A stretch of 64,000 nt of DNA from Guillardia theta CCMP2712 (lineage: Eukaryota > Protista > Cryptophyta): contig NW_005434661.1 in assembly GCF_000315625.1 (NCBI RefSeq), positions 236,878 to 300,877 on the forward strand, in the 5' to 3' direction. This document shows, one piece after another, positions 24,550 through 35,700 of the stretch. The translations under genes and the position numbers were made by a program. The stretch's first letter is position 1, and each line of letters starts with the position of its first letter. The notes under the pieces are model-generated. The model was given only the letters and a program-made list of their open reading frames with translations. It was not told where the DNA came from and ran no database searches.

Positions 24550-24890
24550 ACATGGGGGTAGGGTAGTAAAACAGGGGGTGGTGGTATGTGAAGGACTTGA
24601 ACCAGGGGTGAATCGTGATTAAGAGGGGGTAGTTTCATAGTCTAAAACACAAGCATAAGGGGTGTATTTGTGGGAGGGTGGGTACATCCAGTGCATGTTG
24701 AAATATTGGGATCATTCTGGGGTTGTCTGGCCCATGGGGTTCACGGTTGTGGGGAGTGGTCATACACAAGTTAAAACTAGGGGTGGTTATTGGACATGGA
24801 TGGGGGTGGGGTACAAAATATTGTAACGACTGTAACTGTCAAATAAACTGAGGATGAGGGGGATGAGGGGGGTGAGGGGGATGAGGTGCT
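24550..24890. promoter_or_regulatory. Intergenic GGGGTA/GGGGTG-rich element (copy 4, G-rich orientation), between divergent genes
   Basis: gggggtagggtag, gagggggtag, gggtgggtac, gggggtggggtac; weak AT core. Confidence 0.5.
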
Positions 24891-24903
24891 CCTAAATCCG
24901 GCA

Positions 24904-26074
24904 ATGGCAGGTGAAGGTCGCAGGGCAATGGCTGGAGCCGCAGGGGTGCTGCTGGTCATGGCAGCGGGTCTAGTTGTTGCAGGGGAGGTTGGAGCAGGTC
25001 GGCTGGGAGGAGCAGGAGCAGGAGGAGCAGGAGGAGCAGGAGGAGTGTTCTCTGGCAGGACCGAGCTCCTTGAGAAGCTCCGAATGACGCAGCTCTTGGG
25101 CAACGCGACGGAGGTTGAGGTGGAGTTCCCAGCTGACTACCCGAACTCCGTCAGACACTTCTTCCTCATCGGCTTCCTGGCTCAACTCCTGACCTCCGCT
25201 CTATTCTTCTTCATGAGCCTCCGCAAGGGCCACGAGAGCATGCCCCACGCCCTGGCATGGCTTGCCCCAGCTATCGGAGCTCTTGCGTACTTGGCCATGT
25301 GGGCGGGGGTAGCGGTTTGGTACAAGACGAGTGACGAGACTCCTCGTGTGATCTTCTGGGCTAGATACATCAACCACATTCTGGGAACTCCGGTGAGTTC
25401 TTGCGCTCATCCCCCTTTCAGTCCTCCCCTCATGTTAAGATTTTCGCATCTCACAAAGTGTGTTTGCATCACAGATCATCCTGGGATGTATCGCCATCTT
25501 CACCTCAGCTCCTCTTCCCAGCATCATCACCCTGCTGGGTGCCGATTTCTTGATGATGTCCTGCCTGTGCGTCGGAGCTGCTCTTGCCGGAGGTCACAAG
25601 TACACGTGGTGGGTTGCTGCCGTACTTCTGTTCATCGGGATCGTTTCAACCTTCATCTACCGCATCGAGAAGGTGAGAATCTGACAAGCTGAGGAGCAAC
25701 AGAGTGAGTGAGTTGCAGATTGCTTCGGAGCAAACGAAGCAAGTCTTCCTCGTCCTATTGAGGATCTTGCTTTTCTGCTGGATCGCCTGGCTGGTCCTGT
25801 GGCTGCTCGGATCGGAGGGGACGGCAGCTCTCGGCCTGTCTCAGGAGGTGTGCTTACTTCCTTGCGCTGCATCGCACATGACTGAAGGTATGCCAGGTGG
25901 GGCTCACATGCATCGTTGACGTCATCTCGGTCGCTGGCCTCCTTCTCTACATGCTCGTCAAGGTGAGAGGCAGAGGTTGAGGACTGTGACGGCAGGTCAA
26001 GTGACCCGAGACCGCAGGTGGATGCGGCTGATGATGACAAGCCAAGCAAGCAGAGCGGAGCCACTTTGACTTAA
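24904..26074 (+). CDS. Microbial (type-1) rhodopsin-like 7TM protein lacking the retinal-binding lysine
   Basis: Exons 24904-25392, 25475-25672, 25719-25847, 25897-25962 and 26018-26074. Motifs AYLAM (helix B), FWARYINHILGTP (C), LGADFLMM (D), WIAWLVLWLLGSEG (F) and DVISVAG (G), aligned by eye with bacteriorhodopsin. Confidence 0.9.
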
Positions 26075-26107
26075 GACCTGTGTATCAAAATGTGTTTACT
26101 TGTTGTT

Positions 26108-28372
26108 TCAGTGCTGGTCAATCATGTGCTCTATGAGCGAAGCGCGCTTCCTGGCCTTCTCGAGAGCCATCTCCAGGAACCGCTCCTGCGCCTCTACCTC
26201 GATCAGAGCTAATGTTCTTTCCTCTGCTCCATCCTCCACATACCCAGGTCGAACATTGAACCTCAGCTCCTTCCTTTGTTCCTGCTTACAACGCTGAGTT
26301 CGAGGAGAGGGTGGGGAGGCGGGTCTAGCCTCCACAGGAGATTGCACGCGCTGCCTTGTCTTTCCTAGATCTCTCACGTGCCTCGATCTCTCCGAGTTCG
26401 CCTCAAAGTGTTTGGAGTCGCAGCAATGCTCCACAACAGCCTCCGCCTCCGCCTCCGCCTCCCTGCACCTCCCGCCCTCGTCCCTCCGACCCTGAACTCG
26501 GGTTGCATGAGGCATCGGAGAGACGCGAGTGGACCGGTCAGCAGCACAAGGGGGCGACAGGATCTCCTTAGCGAAGGCGTCTCGTTCCTCGAGGAGCGAG
26601 CGGGTCTCCTGCGACAGGCTGAGGGCACGCCAGCTTACGTCCTCCACCATCTTGCACGGGAGAGCACTCTGCCGCGGAGGCTCCTCTAGCTTGCGAATGG
26701 AGGACTCCAAGGAGGCCACCAGCCGCTCGATCATGCTGATCTTGGACGCCATAGTACTCTGGTGGTGGAGGACCTTGTCACTTGCCAAGAGGGACTGCTG
26801 GCTCACATGGGCCTTGGCGTTGAGATCTTGCTGTAGGCTCCTCACCTGCAGCTGTAACTCTGCTATGAAAGTCTTGTCTTCCTCCCGCTGCCTTCGATCC
26901 TCCTCGCGAGCTGCTGCCTCTGCTGCCCGGCGCTTCGAGACTTCCTCCCACTCCTGCAGCCGTTCTTCCCGCTCGTGCTTCAGCACCTGATTGAGCCCTT
27001 TGATCTCGTCCTGAAGCCTCGTTCGCTCCTCCTCCAGCGTCCTCATGAACATCGTCTTCTCCTCAGACAGGAGGCGACGACCCTCCTCCTCCATGTCCAG
27101 CACCTGCTGCGCGTGCCGCGAGGACTTGGAGTGGCTTGCGAAGCGCAACCAGGACACGAGGACGCGAAGGCTTGTATCGGCTTCCCTCTGCTCAACGATA
27201 TCACCTCTCATTCGATTCAGAATCCCCCGGAGACGATCTAGAGCTTCAGAGAAGCTGTCTGCTCGCCCTCTCTCCTCCTCACACTCGCTGCTGAGCCTGT
27301 CCACGAGCTGGGAGAGTCGCTCCTTGTCCTGTCTCGTCTCCCGCAGCTCACACTGCGACTTCTCGAGCTCCTGTGAGAGCTCCTTCTGTCGTAGTGCGCT
27401 GCTAGCAAGGTTCTTGGCAAAGGACTCATTCCTCTTCAGCTCCTCCTGCGCTTGCTTGTCCGTCCTCTCCAACTTCTCCTGCAGCTCTATCACCTTCTGT
27501 TCCAGCTCACTCCTCCCTTTCGTGTGCTCGTGCCTCATCCTGTCCCTCTCTCGTCGCAGGCTCTCTACGTTCTGGATCCATGCATCAGCCGCCATGCGGA
27601 TGTCCGGGACGGAGGCGAGGATGGTGCCCTGGTACTCCCGCACCCTCGACTTGAGGAAGGAAGTCATCTTCACGTGCTCTTGGAGACTGCTGCACTTTTC
27701 TGCAATCGCTTCTGCGCGCTGACGTCAGCCAACAGGCGCCCGACAGTCTTCCCTCTCACCTTCCGTGGCCCTCAGGATCGCCTTGAGCTTCCTTGCAGCC
27801 GCCTTCTCCTTCAGTGCAATGTACTGTGCGCTCCCTGGGGTCATGCCGCTCAGCCCAGCCAGCAGCGCCTGCTCCACCTTCTCCCCCTTTGCAACTGGGA
27901 GGCGTCAGAGTCCGTCGACACGACAGGGGCTTGCTAGGGACTTACCGATCCGGTTCACGATCACCCGGCTCTCGTCATGACCGTCGAGTCGCACGTGGGC
28001 ATTGTCCATGATCCCACTGCATGACGGCGCTAGGCTTGAGGGAAAGGTTCGCGCGACCTCTACTCCAGTTGAGCTCTCGCTACTCTTCGTCTTCCTCCTG
28101 CTCCCTGCCAGCGATAGTCCTGGGCCCGCCTGCAAGACGTCTTGAACAAGCTCGATCATCGCCTTGCTGCCTTGAGATTGAAGGTCTGCCGACCTTAGGT
28201 AATCCTTGAGCAGCCTCACCGCGTCCTCGTCGCCCTCGTTCCTCTCGTACACAACCCTTTTCAGCCTCGGGTTGTCAGTCGGCAGGTTGAGGTCAAACCT
28301 CTCTTTCTTCTCGCATCGCTCGAGACGCTGGAGCGCGTCGATCGCGTTCTTTGTGATGCTTTCCATGGACAT
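26108..28372 (-). CDS. Long coiled-coil protein (about 3 exons)
   Basis: E/R/K/Q/L-rich heptad-like ORF 26108-27673 plus upstream exons ~27770-27895 and ~27947-28372. No family recognised. Confidence 0.7.
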
Positions 28373-28599
28373 GGTGCGATACGGAGCGGGGTGAGATGAA
28401 GCGCCTTCGATCGCGTGGCTGATACGAACGCAGCGCGGGCTGATCGCGGGATCAAGTAGAATTCTTCTCGGTGCTCACTTCTCGATATCTGTCGATATTC
28501 TCAGCTGCTCCGCATGTCTAGTTCCCTTCCCTCCCTCCATCTTCTGCCCTCCTCTGAGTCCCCCTCCCTCTCATTCGCAACCTCTCCCTCCCTCTTCAG

Positions 28600-28710
28600 G
28601 CTCCCTCTCCCTCTCCCTCTCCCTCTCCCTCTCCCTCCCTCCCTCTCCCTCTTCCTCCCTCTCCCTCTCCCTCTCCCTCTCCCTCTCCCTCTCCCTCTCC
28701 TTCCTCTCCC
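28600..28710. repeat. (CTCTCC)n microsatellite
   Basis: Visible repeat. Confidence 0.9.
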
Positions 28711-28764
28711 TTCCATTCTCATAGTCCAGTGGCGCCTCTGAAAGCTTTGATTGCTTTCAAACGG

Positions 28765-29100
28765 CATATGTACCCTACCCTATCCTTTACACTACAAAGG
28801 ACCCCCCCATTCTTCTATTTGGCCCTACCCCCCAAGTTCCAAATGAAATATCTAAAAGGGTGGGGTACTGAAGTACCTACCTCATCATCACACATTTCAG
28901 AGGTGGGGGTGGAGAGTGGCAGAAGTGAATTAGTGGGGGGTAGAGGTACTTCACAAAGTGTACCAGGGGGTGGGTTCACAATAATACCAACATCACCCTG
29001 GAAACTACAGTATTTGTGGTGGGTACAGGTAGGTGACTGCGGATATTGCAGGGGTGGAGGGGGTAACAAGGGTAGTTGGTCAGGGTGGGGTACGTGTTAA
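28765..29100. promoter_or_regulatory. Intergenic TACCC/GGGGTA element (copy 5), upstream of the coiled-coil gene
   Basis: gtaccctaccct, ccctacccccc, gggtggggtac, gggggtag; C-rich half switches to G-rich half near 28850. Confidence 0.5.
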
Positions 29101-29799
29101 AAGTCACCCTGGGGAAGAGGTTATTTCGGGAGCAATGGCTAGCTAGAGGGGCTGATGCAGAACAAACAGTGTGGTGGGAGAAGCGACATGCAAGGATAGA
29201 AGAGCACGATGGCAGGAACGAGATGATGAAGTCAAGACAGCTAGGAGGAAATAGAGGATAGTCTACATGTGAGAAGTACAATCATAGAGTGGATGTTGGT
29301 GTTGTTGTAGATCTACGAGAGGACAAAACGGGACTGGGCGACTTTGGTGAAGAGAAACCAGAACAAGAAGAACACGATGCAGAAGTTGAAAGTGAGGACA
29401 TTGAGGAGAAGAAAGAAGGGGCCAGTAGAGATACGTAGATGAAATTGCAGTAATGCTGGAGCGGGGTAATGTGATGGACGTTGTCAATCGAATGCTCTAG
29501 GGAAAATTGGACGTTGACGATGGTGACCTGAGGGAAGATGACATGAAGATGAGATGAACCAGTAATGGAGTCTGAGACAGAAAGAGAGAGTGAATGAGTT
29601 GAAAAATCATGAATTAAGGAATTTTGTATGGATCAATGCGCATGGAGGGAAAACCAAGTTTTGGTCTTGGTTTTGAGTCTAACATGATTGTGCCTCCAGA
29701 ACCATGTTTGCAGATTTGAGAAACTTCCAGGTGAGAGATGAAAGTAAGGCCATGCTTCCTGTGACTTGTATCCCAGGAGCTCCGCACCAACCTCACCAT

Positions 29800-32700
29800 G
29801 CTCTCCTACGACGGGTACACCCGCGCCGATGGCGAGAGCTTCGATGGAAGGTTAGGAGGGCGAAGAGGAAGGAGGAGCAGCAGCTGATGCACCTTCCTCA
29901 CAGCCCTGGTACCTTCGACATCATCGACAGCTACAGCACTCCTGACAGCGAGTAAGTCCCTTACTCCTGTACCCTCCCAAGACTCTCGATCTTCTTCCCC
30001 CTCTTTGTTCCCCTCTGCGTCCGAGCTGTGCTGGTTGTGATTGGGCCCTTAGCACCATCACCATCGACACCACCAACGGATAAGTTGTTGGCCTCGCTCC
30101 CAGTTCCACCACCTCCGTGCGGATCAGTCAGGCTCCCAGAGGAAGAGGATGGCATTTGAGATAAGCTCGAGCTAAAGGTTGTTGATGTATCAAGTCGTAA
30201 CTGTCTACTCGGTAGTGTACATGCGCTGCTCGCTCCCCCCCTTACCTTCCTCCTCCTTCACTCTCCTCGGCTTTGTCGGAGGGAGCCCGAACACCACGTC
30301 CTGAGTCGTGTTGGAGGCGTTGGAGACCTTGACGAGGGAAGCTAGAGCAGAGGGCTGGATTGTGTAGCAGGAGTTGGAGTAGTTGGCGGAGAAGGAAGAG
30401 GAGGCGAAGTTCCCGTCCACCCATTGCAGGGTTCCCTGGGTAGCGTAGATCCCCGTGGCGATGTAGTTGTTGATGCGGAGGAGGAAGGAGGAAGGCCGCC
30501 AGGCGTCGTTGCCCTGCAGGAAGTACTCCAGCGCCGCTGGCTCACCTCCCATCTGCTCGAGGCTGGAGAGGATGGCGAGGCTCTCGGAGCCAAGGGTGAA
30601 GTTGAACCCCACAGAGACGAAGTCCTCCACGTACGGCGACCTCCTGCTCTCCGAGTACAGGCTGAACCACCTCGTGCTCGACCCGTCGCCCCACTTCACC
30701 CGCACCCACACGTCGTCCTCCGTCCCTGCCAGCTCCTTGCTGTACTCCCCCTGCCAGCAGCTGTCCGCCGCCCCCGCCACCTCCCATGTCCTGATCAGAA
30801 GCTCCACGTAGCCATAGCAGGTGTGCTGCTGCTCGGTCAGCACGGGACTGACCCCGTCCACCGTCAGGAATCCTGCCATGCACGAGCAGTTGCCCAGCTC
30901 CGTACTGCCTGCTGGGGAGTTCGCGTTGGGATCCGGACAGCGACTGTAGAGCAAGGTCAGGGGGAGGACGAGGGAGCAAGAAGAGCAAGCAGGGTGGAGG
31001 AGAGAGATACGGAAATGAGAGAAGAAGATTGCTGTGTTGAGGGAGGAGGAGCAGCAGACCTGCAGATCTTGTAGCCATCGCCGAAGAAGCCAGCGGCACA
31101 CTCGCACCTGAAGCTGCCGTTGAAGTTGAAGCAGCTGGACCCCTCCTGGGCGCAAGGGGAGGAGGCGCACTCGTTGACGTCCTCGCACTGCCCTTGGGAG
31201 GAGTTGCCGCACCCGACGATCTCGTAGCCCGGAGGGCAGCTGGGGCAGGGGACGCAGGAGAGGTTCGCCGGGGGAGGAGAGGTCGAGTTGGACGCGTTCA
31301 GCCCTCCTGTCCCGTTAGCTCCCCGCCCTCCTCCTGTCCCGTTGGTCGGCCCCAGGTAGTAGCCGGGGATACAATTGCATGCGGACGCGTTCTTAGAGCC
31401 GAGAGGGCTCGAGGCGAACGGAGGGCAGCGCTGGCAGTGCAGGGGGACAGCTGGGCAGAACGAAGCCCCAACCCCTCCTGCACCACCAGCACCAGCCGAG
31501 CTGTCTGAGGTGTTGGAGGTGTTGGAGCTGTCCGATGCTGCCATCGAGCTCCCGCCCTGCTGGACGCTACTTGGGGTCGTTTCGAAGTAGCCGACGTCAC
31601 ACATGCACGCGTCGGCTGAAGGGCTGGCCTCCTCTGACGTCGATCCTGCGGGGCAAGAGCAGCAGCTGGACCAGTTCCCCAGTGAGAAGCTGCCAGCTGG
31701 GCAGGCCGAGCAGTTCCCTCCAAGCTGGGAGATCGAACCCGCATACCCTGCGATGCAGGTGCACTGGGACACTGAGGTGCTTCCTTTGATGCTCGTCGAG
31801 TTTGCGGGGCAGCGGGTGCAGCTGGAGGCGGCGAGCATGTCGGAGTACTTGCCCACCTCACACAGAGCACAGGTGGTGTTGGTCAGGTTGGCCCCGTCCG
31901 AGCTATAGCCCAGCTGGCAGAGGCAGTCGAAGGAGCCCTGGGTGTTGGAGCAGACTGTTGACGTGTCACACCCGGCCAGGCCCTGAGCGCACTCGTCGAC
32001 GTCAGCGCACTGAGTGTCACTAGTGGGCTCATAACCGACGTTGCAGACGCAGTGGAAGGAGCCGATGGTGTTGTTGCAGGACGTGAAGTTGCCGCAGACC
32101 GTCTCGGCCTCGCACTCGTTGAAGTCGACGCACCAGTCAACGACAGAGGAGGAGGAGGAGGAGGAGGAGGAGGAGGAGGAGGAGGAGGAGGAGGAGCGCT
32201 TCCATCCGTCATCACAGGAGCAGTTGTCCTTGAGCTGGGAGCCCAGGAGGCTGTGGGAGTGGATGGGGCACTCCTCGCAGAAGCTCCCGTTCCCGTACAA
32301 CCCCGGCCAGCACTCGCAGTAGAACGACCCCACCGTGTTGACGCAGCTTGCGTTGAGGAAGCAGTCGTCCAGTCCCAGCGCGCACTCGTTCACGTCCACG
32401 CACAAGTCTCCCAGCGACGAGTTCCCCCCTGCCCCTGTTGCGTTCTGCCCTCCCTGGGGGCTGCAACTCCATCCCGGCTCCTGCGTGCACGTCGAGCTGC
32501 AGCCGTCTCCGCTCCTGTTGTTCAGATCGTCGCACGTCTCCTCTCCTCCCCTCAGCCCATCGCCGCACCTTGACAAGCAGGTGACCCCATCCCCGTATGT
32601 GCCTAGCAGGCAGGAGCAGGTGAACGACCCCAAGGTGTCTGAGCAGGAGGCGAACTGACTGCAGTCGGCGACTCCAGCAGCACACTCGTCAACGTTGGCG

Positions 32701-35700
32701 CAGCTGGCAGAGGAGGTGAGGGAGGCGTTACCGGTCTCGTTGTTCACAAACCCGACCAGGCACGCACACGCCTCGACACCTCCGGCTGCCTCCGGGCTCT
32801 GCGAGTGGGGAGGGCAGGAGGAGCAGGAGGAGCTGCCAGAGGGCGCGAAGGAGTCGGCGGGACAAGGGACTTGTACATGCGACCCGTTGCAAAAGAAGCC
32901 TGGGGTGCAGTCGTAGCAGGAAGAGCCGTTGGAGTAGAACCCAGGCTTGCAGTCGCAGCGGAAGGAGCCAAGGAGGTTGATGCAGGAGGAGGAGGAAGAG
33001 CAGGCCGAGGCGTTCAGGCACTCATCAACATCCTTGCAGGACCCGTCCGCCGTCCTCTCGTATCCCTCCAGGCAGGTGCAGTTGAGCAAGGAGACGCTTC
33101 CTTCCTGGGACGTCGTGTTGACCGGGCACAGCTCGCACGTGGTTGCCCTGCTCTGGTTGGCGTACGACCCTGCTGGGCATGAGGAGCAGACGGAGACGCC
33201 GAGCTCAGACGTGAAGCTCCCTGCTCTACACGGCTTGCACCCGAGGTCGCACGAGCACCAGTCCCAGTCCTTCACTGTCCCGTTTGCCATGGTAGAGATG
33301 GCGCACCAGGACAAGTCTTCTCCTCCTGCTCCTCCTGCTCCTCCTCCCGGAGGAGGAAGATCAAAGGTACAATCCACGTACTTGGTGCCTTGCCAGTAGA
33401 AAGGGAGCACGCACGGCGATCGCTGGGAGGAGCCGAACCTGCAGGAGGCGTTGTAGGAGGAGGCGACGCCGTGGAAGCCAGGTAGACAGAGACAGTCCGA
33501 CTTCTGACCGGAGAACGCCGGGCTGAGTGAAGCTGGAGGGCAGCTGGAGCAGGAGGTGGCTCCCTGCTCTGAGAATGTCCCAGCTGCACATCCGAGGCAG
33601 ACCGGAGGGGCACAGGCCTCGCACACGCATGGGGAGTCCGGGGAGCAGGTGGGAGTGGAGACAGTCAGGTTGACGGAGATGTTGAGCAAGGAGGAAGAGG
33701 AGGAAGAGGAGGAAGAGGAGGAGTTCGACTCGTTGGTGCTGTTGGTCTCGTTCCCCGTCGAGCTGTTGGTGCCGTTGATCTCGTTCCCCGTCGAGCTGTT
33801 GGTGCCGTTGATCTCGTTCCCCGTCGAGCTGTTGGTGCCGTTGGTCTCGTTCCCCGTCGAGCTGTTGGTGCCGTTGATCTCGTTCCCAGTCGAGCTGTTG
33901 GTGCCGTTGATCTCGTTCCCAGTCGAGCTGTTGGTGCCGTTGGTCTCGTTCCCCGTCGAGCTGCTGGTGCCGTTGATCTCGTTCCCAGTCGAGCTGTTGG
34001 TGCCGTTGGTCTCGTTCCCCGTCGAGCTGTTGGTGCCGTTGATCTCGTTCCCAGTCGAGCTGTTGAAGACGTTGGGCACAGGGCGCAGGAAGCATCCTCC
34101 CTGGCTGTCATAGTGCCCCTCGTAGTTGGGATAAGCACCCGGGTTTTCCCTGAGCAGCGCTGCTGCCGCAGCATAGCACCTGGCCTCCGACGTAACGACG
34201 CTGCACCCCTGGTACCCACAGGTGGAGTTGGGGGTCAGCTGGAAGAAACCTGGGTGGTGGAACCCCGGATCACACCGGCAGGTACCCTCCCCTTCCCAGC
34301 TCGTCGAGTTGCTGACGCACTGGGTGCAGAAGGTCTGACCCTGGGTCGAGAAGGTGCCAGAGGGGCACGAGAGGGGGTCCACCCACCCACCCTCGCAGGA
34401 GGAGCCGGGCAAGCACACGCTGCAGGGTCCTCCGTTGGGTCCCGTGTAGCCTGGGTTGCAGACGCAGTCCGTCACCTCCTTGGTCCCCCTAGGGCTGGAG
34501 GAGCCAGCTGGGCACGGGGTGGGCTGGGCTGCCCCACGAGGGCAGAAGTGGTTGGGAGGGCAGATGCTGCAGGACTGGTTGAGGCTGAGGGTACCAAAGT
34601 AGCCGGCCAGGCAGAAGCAGTCGGTCAAGGAGATGCTCCTGTCCTCCTGAGTCGTGCTGTGGACGTCCGGGCAGGTGGTGCAGGAGGTGGAGGAGGAGTG
34701 GGCGTACGTCCCTTTCGGGCAGGGCAGGCACTCTGTGCCAGGGCCCAGCATGCTGCGGCCTGTCCCGCGGTAGCCGGCAAAGCAGCTGCAGCGGTAGCTC
34801 CCTTCCTCGTTGCTGCACGTGCTGTGCTCATCGCAGCTGTGAAACCCGATGGCACACTCGTCGACGTCCACCCGAGCAGTAAGCTGCATCCCGCTGCAGG
34901 TCCCGTTCCCGTCGGCGCATGCTGCTGTTGGGGAGCTGGTGGGCCCCACCCAGCACAGGGAGGAGGAGAGATTGAGCCAGACGTCTGCGTTGTAGAGCCG
35001 CAGGCGAAGGGCGGAGGGCCGCCACTCGTCGTTGCCCTCCACCCGGTACTCCACCATCGACACGTTGCCGACGTATTTGAAGCCTGACAGGATCGCGCTG
35101 CCATTGGCGCCGACGGACGTCGGCAGGTAGTCGCTCAAAGTCACTTCCTCGCTCCAAGTTTGAGTCTGCAGCCAGAAGAAGCGCATGTACACTCGATCCC
35201 TGGTCCCAGCTGACCGGCAGCACAGGTCGAACAGGCTCTCTCCCTCCACCAGGCTGGAGTTTGACATGTTCATCTCTGTCTTATTGCTGCCGCTCCTGCT
35301 CATATTCCACGTTGACGAGTTCAGCTCCGTGCCGTTCATCGCGCTCATCATCTCCGTCAAGCTGCTGGTGTTCGATGCATTCGCCGCCGTCCCGTTCTCG
35401 CCCGATGTCAGGTTGCCGTCCGACACGTTCCCAGCTGTGCTATTCCCCAGCTCCTCCCCTGTCACGTTGACCACGGACAGGTTCCCGAAGCTGCTGGTGT
35501 TCGATGCATTCGCCGCCGTCCCGTTCTCGCCCGATGTCAGGTTACCGTCCGACACGTTCCCAGCTGTGCTATTCCCCAGCTCCTCCCCTGTCACGTTGAC
35601 CACGGACAGGTTCCCGAAGAAGCTGCTGGTGTTCGATGCATTCGCCGCCGTCCCGTTCTCGCTCGATGTCAGGTTACCGTCCGACACGTTCCCAGCTGTG

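Noticed and set aside
24904-26074. Channelrhodopsin or proton-pump call
   Set aside because: There is no Schiff-base Lys and no D85/D96 carboxylates, so a photochemical function cannot be supported.
33735-34065. 33-bp periodic array as CRISPR or mobile element
   Set aside because: It is an in-frame coding tandem repeat without unique spacers.
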